A DNA stretch of 63,847 nt, the filler included. It is 11 parts of 11 records of this genome, joined end to end, with 100 filler letters (N's around TTAATTAATTAA, not from the genome) between each part and the next. Parts side by side here need not be neighbours in the genome. Positions count along the whole stretch, not along the records: positions 39,624 to 48,806 come from SRR7504441_924; positions 48,907 to 53,552 come from SRR7504441_926; positions 53,653 to 60,724 come from SRR7504441_927; 8 more parts are not named here. One strand, given 5' to 3'. The notes under the pieces were generated by a model. The model saw only the letters and a list, made by a program, of their open reading frames with translations. It was not told the DNA's origin and did no database searches. The translations under genes were made by a program, and so were the position numbers. This document shows, in pieces, positions 46,155-56,800 of the stretch (positions are counted from its first letter, which is position 1; each line of letters begins with the position of its first letter).

Positions 46155-48495
46155 ATGATGCCCGAGAAGCCTCTGTCGCCCGAGAAGCCTCCGGAGCTCC
46201 CGCTGCAGCCGGAAGCCACCCAGGCGCTCCCGCCGGCCATCAAGCGCTACTGCGGCTGCCGGTGCATGGCGATCGCCCTGACGGTGGTCGCGCTGGTCCT
46301 GCTGTCCCCCGTAGTGCTCGGGCTGCTCCCGCTGGCCGGTCTGGTCTGGCTGATCTGGTGCGCCGTCACCTGCCGGTGCTGTCAGCCCGAGCCGTCATCA
46401 GCCCAGCTGCCCTTTCGCCAGAGGCTGGACGGCCTCGACGCTGGCTGGGACGGGCTCCCAGCTGAGCGGAGCAGCACGTACGTAACAGTCACCGGCGGGG
46501 CCAGGATCGCGGCCGACCTCTACCTGCGGCCCGAGCCGGGCAAGCGGCCGACAGTGCTGCACCAGGCCCGCTACCACCGGTCGATGCAGATGGCGTGGCC
46601 GCTCAGCTGCTTCTTCGGAGGATCTGTGAGTGTCTATGCGCCGCTGTGGGCAAAGGCGGCCAAAGCCGGGCTCAACGTGGTGTCGATCGACGTTCTGGGC
46701 AGCGGGGCTTCGTCGGGCAGGCAACAGTATGCGCTTAGCGAGGCTGAGAAGCAGGCGACGGTCGACGTGGCTGACTGGATTGTGGCCCAGCCGTGGAGTG
46801 ACGGCCGGATTGTGACCACTGGGATCTCGTACGATGGCATGGCCGGGCTCCGGATGCTCACGCACCCGGCCGTGGTCGCGTCGGCGCCGATGTATATCTT
46901 CTGTGCGCCCGCCCGGTGCCGCTAGCACTGACTGTAGCCGGCAGGGGACCTTTACGACGGCGTCATGGCGCCCGGGGGGTCGGTGCAGTGGTGGTTCCCT
47001 AAGTTCTGGTCGATGATCAACGAGGGGCTCGACCGGAATAGGGCCTGCGAGATCACACACTTCGGGCCAGTGCGGCATATTGTCGAATCCGTATCGCTTG
47101 TCGACCCTGACAACGAGGCTGAGCTCCAGCTAGCCATCAGCGAGCACCAGACAAACTGGGATGCCCGCGACGACATCGACGCCTGCCCGTTCCGCGACGA
47201 CGTGGCTCCGTCGACAGTGGGATCGGCGGGAGGGGTGAGCCTGCACGACATATCGCCTTACACCGCTAGCCTGCCGGATCCTGCTAAGCCGCTGTTTTTG
47301 GTGACTGGGTGGTTCTGCTGCGGATGTGCCGGGGCGACTCAGGTCTTTGGGAGGGCGGCCGGTGACGGCTCGGTGCTGCTCATTGGACCTTGGAACCACG
47401 GAGGGAGCATGCATGTGCGGAGCTTCTCTGGCGGCCGCACCGCCGGCTCCGATGTGCAACCGGTGCCTCCAATGGCAGTGCACCGTGCGCTCACTGCGGC
47501 GCAGGTGTGCATAGCCGCGATCGGGTTCTTGGTCGAGGCACTCGCCGGGAGGAAGTTATTTGACTACCAACCTAGCGGTGTGTGCCCGGTGCCGGCTCGG
47601 GCTGAGTTGACCGTGCAGTGTACTATTTCGTAATGCAGGAGGAGCAGTGGCACTCGGCTACACAGTGGCCTCCGGAAGGCCTGCACCAACAAAGCCTCTT
47701 CTTGTCTGGCCAGACCAGCCTGAGCTCAACGCCGCCGACTGTCGAGAGACCCACACAAATTGAGTTGAATCGAGCAAGCCAGGCGAGCGCGCCGCCCCAG
47801 GGCAACACAAGGTGGGAAGCGATGCTCGACCCGTTCGCGTTTGTGGATTACGACTTTAGCCAGTGCGACTACGTGGAGTTCTGCTCAGCTGAGCTCGACG
47901 AAGGAATTACTCTGGTCGGGCAGCCCACGTTGTCGCTCTGGCTGCAACCCGAGCACACGGACACGCCTATTGTCGCATACCTGCTCTGCTGCGACGATGA
48001 CGGGCCGGGCGGGAGCTACGTGACCGAGGGCCACCTTAATCTAAGGCACCGCCAGTCGGACCCTAAGGCCGGGGACGGGCGGCTTGCTGAGCCCGGGCTG
48101 CCGTATTATTCGCACCTGCGCCGGGACGAGCGAGCTGCAGCTGACGGGCCAATCAAGGCCGAGTTTAGCATGATGAACACTGGCTTCAGGTTCTTCAAGG
48201 GCCAGCGCATAAAGCTCTGCCTCGGGGTGCGCTCCGGTAGGTAGGAGAGGCTAGAGCAGTGGGGCAGGTGAGCGACAGTCGGCACTTTGGCTCGATGGCA
48301 GAGCAGGAGCACAGCAGCACCCACAAGCACCAGGTGCAGCTCATTCAGGACCCCAAGCTGACGCCGTGCGCGCTCCATTTGCCTGTGCTGCCGGTGACCC
48401 CCAAGCTCCGGTGCTGCGGCCTGATTATTTTGGGATGTGCTAGGACACGTCGCCTGAGCCACCGACGGAGCACAACATGGTGCAAGTGTCGATGA
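46155..48495 (+). CDS. CocE/NonD (peptidase S15 family) alpha/beta hydrolase with N-terminal TM anchor, multi-exon
   Basis: IAADLY.P, DVLGSGASSG, WIVAQPWSDGRI, nucleophile GISYDG, IGPWNH, PepX_C-like YVTEG and FRFFKGQRIKL; four ORFs joined by short introns. Confidence 0.82.
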
Positions 48496-48806
48496 GCCCA
48501 CCCGGCAAGGAAGAGACTGCCGATGCCCAGGTGTAGAGTGAGCACTCCGGGATGGATCCATACAGTATAGTGTGTCGTTATGTGTACAGTTAGTGTGTCC
48601 AGAGTAAATTACCAAACCAAATTTGAAGTGACCTCGGCTATACGACGACAATAATACGGCCATTGATACTGTACATGTATTTAATTAATCAAATGCTACT
48701 ACAGAGCTTTCGTAAGCTCTCGGCCGGCCTTTATAACACTCGAGACCGAACGCTAATTCCCGAGTTCACTCGAGACCATGGCTGCGCGCTTCTTGGCCTC
48801 CGCAAG

Positions 48807-48906
48807 NNNNNNNNNNNNNNNNNNNNNNNNNNNNNNNNNNNNNNNNNNNNTTAATTAATTAANNNNNNNNNNNNNNNNNNNNNNNNNNNNNNNNNNNNNN
48901 NNNNNN
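48807..48906. other. Artificial contig spacer
   Basis: N-TTAATTAATTAA-N linker. Confidence 0.98.
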
Positions 48907-48982
48907 GGGCCCCGACTTTCTAATAAATGTACTCATGATATTTAAAACGGTTTAACGTTTACACTCACTCTTAACTCACTCT

Positions 48983-51900
48983 CTAGAACCCTTCGCTCTT
49001 TGCAAGACGCAGCAAGCTAGGTTTGCCCATGCACCCATTCACCTTTCGCTTTGAAACTCCATTCTTGAGCAGAAAGCGCTTCAATTTCATATACGACAGC
49101 TTCGACACGTCGACAGCTTCCTCCGGTTTCTCGTCTTCTGGCTTGGGCAACCCCACGTCAGATTTCGGCGCGCGAGGAGGCACGACAGCCGCTGCAGCTC
49201 GTGAGCAGCTGCTGGTAGCACTGGGCATGATCAACTCAGGAGTCTGCATGGTCATGTACCTCCGCAGCTGATGCCCGCTGGCTGCGTTGGCGTTGGCAGT
49301 AGTGGTCAACTCTCGGATTGCTTCGGATTGGACTTGTAAGCCCGTGTCTTTGGAGTAGACGAGACAACTGAACGGGATCGCGTTCTCCCTGAAATCCAAC
49401 CGAGCCTCGCTCTTGGCGGTGGCAAGCGACACTTTGAGCTTGTACTCTTTGCCCGCCTCGAGCTCCTGATTGAACCAGAACATGCGCTTGTCGCCCACTC
49501 CCTTGACTGACGGAATGACCTGCAGCCAGCAACACGCTCAGGCCACCAGGCTAGCCTCCCTGCGTACTCTTGTTTGCCCATCTGGAGTGATGAGCTCGAC
49601 ATCGAGGGAGTGGTAAGGTGCCGCGATGTACTTGGCTTTCTCAAAGTCTTCCTCCGGGGGTTGATCTGAATCTTGACAACCGTTGGTGGTCCACTTAACG
49701 ATGCTTGCAGGCAAATCTGTAATCCTCGTCTCTTGAGAAGTGGCAAACAAGGAATTTTCAGGCTGGCTAATGATGATCGTGGCCTTTCCGTCCATTGTTG
49801 GTTTCACATAGAACGTGTCGCAGCTCTTGGACACGTCGTCGAGCTTCTCCGCCCAATCCTCATCTGCCCACCAATTGCGACCTGAGCTCTGGGGATCGCA
49901 CCTAAGATCGCGATGGTCTCCTTTGGCAGGAAATCTGCAGTGCTCGTATTGCGGTCTTCCGTTGCCTCTTTAATTCTGGCCCAAACACATTTGCTACCGG
50001 CAGTGAGGCCATGCTCACCGCTCAACCATCGTCGGGTTGACAACGTAAATCCATGGCTCATCTGTCCCAGCGAGTTTAGCAGCCGCTGGATTTGGCTCAT
50101 GTCACTATCTGGAGCCTCTCGTTCATGAAGAAACAGCTTCTGGCCCTTATTGAACTGGATGGGCAGCTTATGGCCCCGATACCTGCGTCCTCAGATCAAG
50201 CCGGCAGCCGCTCCCCAACACATACTGGTAATTGCCGCTGCGACCAGTCCGGCGAGGGTACGCATATGGCCAGTACGTGGAGAGCATCTTGCACTGAGGC
50301 GCGGCCCCAAACGAGCCATACAGCTTGACTACGGAGCGGTCGTCGAATCTCCTCACTACCTCGATTTTACTGTAATGCGCCATAAAATCTTCAACCGTCA
50401 TCCAAAACTCCCTGCCCAATTCGTCACAGCCAACCCTCGTCCGCAAGAATCACCCATCGTCGGCATCTTTAAACTCCCCAACAGCTGCCTTGGCCTCTGA
50501 AGTCCAGCATTGACTGTCGTCGGACCAGTCGCCAGTCCACTCATGATTCCCCCATGGGTTACGAAGCTGTAAAAGACGAGCGCCGGGTACCTTTACACCA
50601 CAAGTAAGACAGGCGGACCCTGCCAACTGCACAGCAACCTCGGCATAACGAAGCAGCCCGTACAAGTGACAGTTGATCAAGCCTTTTGCCTCGTTCGCTT
50701 CCTCGTTTTGATGCGCCGCCGCGCCGACTAACGCTCGAGAGTCCAGCAAGCTGGTCAGGTACGTCCACATCTCGGATGGGCTTGCCCATAGCGCTCGGGA
50801 GGCCTGAGCCTGCAGCTCGAAGTCCGGCGCCATCTCATCATAAGTCCAGTTGCTAAGGTCACCAAAGTCTTTATCTTTTAGCTCTCGGCACCCGCCAACC
50901 AGCCTTTGCATGATGAGAGACTCAGAGCCTCCAAGCCCGATCAGCTCATACGATCCAACAGACCTGCCAACCGCTGAGAGACTTGGCGGCGAAGCGATTC
51001 ACTTGGCGATGGCCTTCTCCATCAATGGAACCCACACCTCTGCACCGCCATTCAGCCAGCAGCAGCCTCGGGACTGACCCTTGGGGTTCTGACACTCGCC
51101 GTAAAAGACTCGGTTCATGCCGTCATCAGTCCACGGGAGCAGATCATCGATCACAACATAGGTCCACTCTTCATCGATGTAAAGCTTGATAGCGTACACA
51201 CCGAGCGCCAAGTCGAACGCAGCAAACATCCGCTCGACGTCCTTGTCTTCTGGCTTACCAACAGCCGCTGCCAAGCCCCCTAGCAGGTAGCAGTCGCCCA
51301 GCGGACCCTGCATGATGTCATTGGCCGCTGCACCGTCCTCGTCGAAGAGCTCCACCCCATCGATGCTCGAGGCTCGCTTCCACTGGGCTGGCGGTGTGAA
51401 CTTGCCTTCCTGCATTGACGGGCGTGCTCCGTTCTGATACAGAAGCTCGCTAAGGCTCAGCTCCGGGTCAGTATACTTGCTAGGCTCCAAGCCGCCCTGG
51501 AGCTCACTTGCGATGCACGCTACCTCCCGCACGCACTTGTCTACGCAGTTCTGCTGGTCGTCCCTCTCGGTCATGCTGCCCAACCGGCTCAGCCACCGAG
51601 CCGGCGCCCGGTTCACTTTGGAGGGCTCATCCCGAGAAGCAGCGCGCGGGCGGCGAACACCTCCCGCCGGATCGGCGGAGGGGCCTGGGTAAGTACCCCG
51701 TCCGGGCCAGCGAATTTGCCGTTGCCGGACGGGTCGACTACCCGCCGCCAGCCTGGAGGCAGGAAGAAGCCCAGGATGGTGGCCGCCTCGACCTCGGTGA
51801 GAGCGAGCCCGACGCCGCACCCCGCCACCCGCTGTGCCAGCCCCGCGGCCGTCACCTCGGCCTCAGGTCCGCGGAGCCAGTCGAAGACATCGTCCAGGGT

Positions 51901-52068
51901 GAGCTCCAGCCCGGCCAGCGTGCCGACCAGCAGCGCCAGGGTCTTCTTGAACGACCGACGGACGCGGGCCCGCTCGCGTAGGCTGGTCTGGTCGGCCCAC
52001 TTGTGCAGCGCCACCCCGGCCACATCCTGCACAAGCTCGGGGCTGAGGCTGCTCAGTGAGGCTCCCAT
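48983..52068 (-). CDS. Calpain-family cysteine protease (CysPc), multi-exon
   Basis: DIMQGPLGDCYLL (Cys), VVIDDLLP, WVPLMEKAIAK, NCHLYGL (His), LRNPWG (Asn), EWTGDWSD, DGEFWM; N-terminal MGASLS exon joined via intron 51616-51576. Confidence 0.82.
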
Positions 52069-52136
52069 TGATCGACCGGCGCCTACGGACGTATCCACCC
52101 CCGTGCCGCCGGTGTGCCAGCGAGTTCGAGATTTAA

Positions 52137-53552
52137 TTAACGATTTTGATTACAGCCCTTGGCTAGGATACCAAGCTGACGCCTAAGCATGTCTGGATCA
52201 TTGTACATAATCATCATCACTTGCATTTCCTCCATACTCTGCCCGGAGAGCTGGGCAACCGCCTTGTCCTCGATATCGGCCACTTGATGGATTGCCTTGC
52301 CAGTCACAGCCGACCAGTAGCGACACAGTTCTGCATCGCTCACAGTCCCGTCCTGATCAAAGTCGATCATTTCGAGCAGCTTTTTGACCAGTGGCATACG
52401 CTCTGCATGCCAGGTTGGCATTCCCGGAGACATGTCCCCGACAAAATCATGGGTGCTTGGGTCCTGCTTGATTGAGGGCATGCGAGGGACAGCTTCGCCA
52501 GCCTGCTCCGTGGAGAGTTCTGTCGAGGCGGATACGGTCCTGTCGAGATCTTTGGGCTCTGCCTCTGCTAGGCCATATCTAATCTTAATCTGGTGCTCCT
52601 GTTTCTCGTAGTCAGCTTGAGAGATCCCACCCCCATCACGTTGCTGCCTGAGCTGATCCAGCAACTTTTGGCCCTCCTTCTCTGCCCCTAGACCGCATCT
52701 AATCTTAATCTCGTACTTTCCTTTCTTGTAGTCAGCTTGGGAGATCTCGCCCCGATCGCGTTGCTGCCTGAGCTGATTCAGCAACTCTTGGCCCTCCTTC
52801 TTAGAGATCAGACCTTCAGAAGTTGCTGCATCAAAAAGCGGATTTTCTGAGAAACTTTTGACGTCTTGCACCTCCAAATTCACAACCGTGCTCGCGCCAG
52901 ACTCCTCTGATTGTATCTCGTCAGTCTTATCTTCCTTCGGGGGGAATCGCCGGTCCAGCCAGCAGCTCGCTGGCACCACAATCATAGCAAGTAGAGACAG
53001 AACTGTGAACAGCCATTGCCGAAAGTCGCTGACCTCACCGTGGTGGATGTCAAAGCATAACACTATCATCCCTACTGTCTGAAGCCAGAGGGATGCCGCG
53101 GTTGCCCAGTTCTCCACGTTCCGCTGACTGTCTGAACCGTCAACGAGCGGCAGGCCTAAAGTCGCCAGCAGTGCCTCTAGCCCCTTTGCTCCAGCGATCA
53201 CAATAGCTGCCTTGGTGGTGTATTGCCAGTACACCGTGGCTACGGCCATGACGTTGATAACACAGTCCGCCAGTTCTATGAGTGGATAGAACTGGGAAAT
53301 GAAACCGTGGCCATGGTAGTCCCCGATCAGACAATCAATCCCGTGCCGCTCCTCATACGGTCTAGCCTGCACCTCGTCGCAGCGCTCTGAGTATTCCGCT
53401 GGACGCTCCCACTGGCTCTCCTCAGTCTCAAGATTGTAGTACAATTCCACTCTGTGCTCATAGTCGTAGCACGGTACCCAGGGCGGGCCATCCTCGCGGT
53501 CGTTTCGGTCCCTTACGGCTGAAGGAAACTTCACCCAGCAAACATAGAACAC
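52137..53552 (-). CDS. Membrane protein with WW-like domain, two SHOCT-like repeats and EF-hand (5' truncated)
   Basis: WVPCYD...YYNLETEESQWERP (WW); about 4 TM helices; 40-aa duplicated LLNQLRQQRDRGEISQADY; DFDQDGTVSDAEL. Confidence 0.65.
   Translation of the reverse strand: MFYVCWVKFPSAVRDRNDREDGPPWVPCYDYEHRVELYYNLETEESQWERPAEYSERCDEVQARPYEERHGIDCLIGDYHGHGFISQFYPLIELADCVINVMAVATVYWQYTTKAAIVIAGAKGLEALLATLGLPLVDGSDSQRNVENWATAASLWLQTVGMIVLCFDIHHGEVSDFRQWLFTVLSLLAMIVVPASCWLDRRFPPKEDKTDEIQSEESGASTVVNLEVQDVKSFSENPLFDAATSEGLISKKEGQELLNQLRQQRDRGEISQADYKKGKYEIKIRCGLGAEKEGQKLLDQLRQQRDGGGISQADYEKQEHQIKIRYGLAEAEPKDLDRTVSASTELSTEQAGEAVPRMPSIKQDPSTHDFVGDMSPGMPTWHAERMPLVKKLLEMIDFDQDGTVSDAELCRYWSAVTGKAIHQVADIEDKAVAQLSGQSMEEMQVMMIMYNDPDMLRRQLGILAKGCNQNR
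52568..52801. repeat. 120-nt tandem duplication inside CDS
   Basis: 52568-52680 aligns with 52688-52800 at period 120. Confidence 0.9.
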
Positions 53553-53652
53553 NNNNNNNNNNNNNNNNNNNNNNNNNNNNNNNNNNNNNNNNNNNNTTAA
53601 TTAATTAANNNNNNNNNNNNNNNNNNNNNNNNNNNNNNNNNNNNNNNNNNNN
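53553..53652. other. Artificial contig spacer
   Basis: N-TTAATTAATTAA-N linker. Confidence 0.98.
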
Positions 53653-53861
53653 ATAACATTTGTTACCATGAATACCAGCCCTGATGTTAATTAATATCAA
53701 ATGACATTGTCATGATTGTAATTGATAATTTATTTTGATAATAACTTCATAAGTACCCACTCGACATACTCAACACAACTATTGCGCGTCAATAGAGGTA
53801 CACGAGAAGATTTGCTACAGCTAGGTGGTACCTATCCAACACCACTGGCTAGGCTCAGTGG

Positions 53862-56800
53862 CTAGGCCGGGAGCTCAAGCAGCCACTCGGTGCTCTCTTG
53901 CAGCCACTCAAACTCATGATACCGTGCAATCCCGTGTAGCACTCGCAGCTGCTCTGCTTTCTCGGCCACTGGCTGCTGCAGCACTAGCTCGCCCGAGCAG
54001 TGGCAGTGCAGCCCCATCGAGTCGCGCTTCGGCAGCCCGCAGCTGGCGCACTTGAGGTCTTGGAGCTGGTACTGCTCGTTGATCCGGCTAGAAATCTCGA
54101 CCAGCTGCATCTCTATCAGCGGCTTGTCGTAAGGCTGGCCACAGCTCGGGCACTGCCAGTTGTGCGCGAGGAGCTCCACATCCCTGCACAGGTCGAGATC
54201 TCTGTTCAGGTTGCAGAACGAGCACACGTGGTTGGGCAGCAGGAACGACACGCATGGGTTCCGGAACTGGGCCTCGGGGGCAAACTCTCTCACATGCAGC
54301 ATCTTGAGCGCCGACCGGCGGAGCAGCATCGCGTCGTGCTCGAAGCTCTTGTCTAGGCTGAGCACATGGCAGAAGAACTTGGCAAACTCGAGCGACGGAT
54401 TGGCCGTTCCAACCACCGCGCCAGTCGCCCGGAGCAGGTCAAGATGGCTCGAGGTGCCCGACGGGTCCTGGTAGAGTGTGGCAGGATCCGTGTGCGCGAT
54501 CTGGTCCAGAATCGGCAGCAGCGTTGGTGCAAAGTGCTCGCGCAGGGTGGGGATGGTCGGGACGCTCCCGTCCTCTGCTGGCGGGGCGGTCTCGCTTCGG
54601 AGCTGGACATAGATGAACTCAGAGATGAGGACCAGGAAATCGTGGGCAACTGCTGGCGGCAGATACTCGCCAATGTTCCAGTTGCTCTCCACCCTAAGAG
54701 CCTCCTGGCTGCCGGGCTCGGCGCCCTGCTCCAGCTGCAGCCCGCCGTGGTTGGCTTGGTCCATCCACAGCAGTGACTGCCAGGTGCGGCCAACGCTCAG
54801 CTCGACAAACCCGAACAACTCGTGCTGCTTGATCGTGTCGAGGATGTAGCTCATATAGCCCTCAGCTTGGTTCAGGTCGGTCTTGCCGGTGCACACCACC
54901 ACAGAGTGCACGCCCGCATACACAATCTGCGCCCCGAGTCCCTTCAGCTCGGTCACTAACTGCTCAAACAGCCGCTGTGTCAACGCATGCACCACCCTAT
55001 GCAGTGCTGGGTCGTGCAGCAAAGCGGCAGGGTTTTGGATCCACCGGAATAAGTGCATCAGCATCATGTCCGAGAATTCGTTCTTCGTCTTGCCCACGTC
55101 GAGCATCCAGCCCTGCACCAGATTCCTCAGGATCCGCAGTGTATGGCTGCAGGCCGCCCGCTCATTCTCAGCACCCACGTGCGGCGTGGTGCGGGTCTGC
55201 TGCTCAGCCTCGCGAGTCTCGGCCGTGTTGATTGCCTCGATACTCGCCATCCCGTCCATCTCGTCCAGGAGCTGCTTGCTCATCAGCGCCTCCACTGTGC
55301 TCCCGCTCATCAACAGCTCCACGCAGATGCTCCGGTACGCTCCGGGCACACTAACCTCTGAGCATGATATGGTCTCGGCCAGCAGCTGGTTGCCATCGAG
55401 CGGCCCACCACCCAAGTCTGGCAGCCTGGACGGCGACACCCAGAGCACGTGATTCTGCTGGGACAGCTTGCGCGCGAAGAACGTGTCGGCGATGTTGCAC
55501 GGCACATCTGCCTGCAGGTTGCCTATCGGGATCTGCGAGTACTTTGAGACGTCTAACTTCTCCGTCCACCACTCGTCGATTGAGCCGAGACGGTTGGCCA
55601 GGTTCTTGCAGGTGAACTCCTGCCAGCCGAGCTGAGGGAACTCGCTGTCCCCAAGGTGCGGGGTCATGGCCACCACTGGCATATCTGCCAGCCCAGGCAG
55701 CATGCTCTCTCGGAGATATTTGAGCGAGCGCGAGCTCTGGAGCACAGCCACCATTGGGCCACGCTGCCGCTGGTGGTACTGGGCCAGAGCGGCTTGGGCG
55801 CGCCTGTAGCCAGCTTCGGGGTCCGACTCCACGAAGCAGCTGACCTTGATCCCGGTCGCGGCAAACAGCCGGCGCATCTCAGTGGCCGGGCCAGCACGCT
55901 GGGCCGGGTTGAGCAACACAACAGTGCCCTGGGCCTGATCTAGCGCCACCACGGCGACCATCGACAGCTCGGCACAGTGCACATGGTACACGTACAGCTG
56001 GTTGAGCCAGCCGTCTGGTCCGGTGGCCCCGTGCAGGTAGTGCGACTCTGCGGTGTTGTGAGGGCACGACTCAAGCTGGTCGAGCCTGACTCCAGACAGA
56101 GGGTCGGACGGCGCACCGCGGCCTCTGGCCACGCGGCATGCGATCCCGACGTGCATGACTGCCCTGAGCTCGAGCGGGACTTGGCCCTCGTACACGCCCT
56201 CCACCTCGGGGTGCGTCCGGTACCCGTCGAACACTCGGATGTTCTCACGATACAACTGCTCGTTCAGCTCAAGCTGATACAGGTGGTGGGCCGTGTGCGC
56301 GTGCGGCAGCTCCTTGGATACCTTGGTCACAAACGGCAGCTGCTCGAGCTCCTCGTTTGGCACGTAGGAGTTGATGTAGAGCACCCTGGGCACCTCCAGC
56401 GGGATCCCTTGCAGCTCAGTCCCACCAATCACAGCCCACAGCGTGAACACACCCGGTGACCGCTCTCGCTCAGACACATGCAGGATCTGCCATTCGCGCT
56501 TGGAGATCTTCTCAGCTTGCCCCTTGAAGTGGCCCATCAGGTCACCTCGCCACAGCCGAGCACCCGACTCTTCTTCGCGCATTGCGCGCCATTTCTGCTT
56601 TTGGGCGAGCAGCCAAGCTGGGAACCCATCAGCAATCTTCCGTGGCGGCTTGCCCACTCTCGCTAGCTGCTGGCTCTGGGGCTCAGCCGGCTGCACTTCC
56701 TCCTCTTCCTCTATCACTTGCCGTGGCCGCCGGGAACGCTTTGCGAGCACAGGCTCGTCCTCCTCGTCACTGTCTGCAATCTTTTTAGCGCTCCGCCTCT

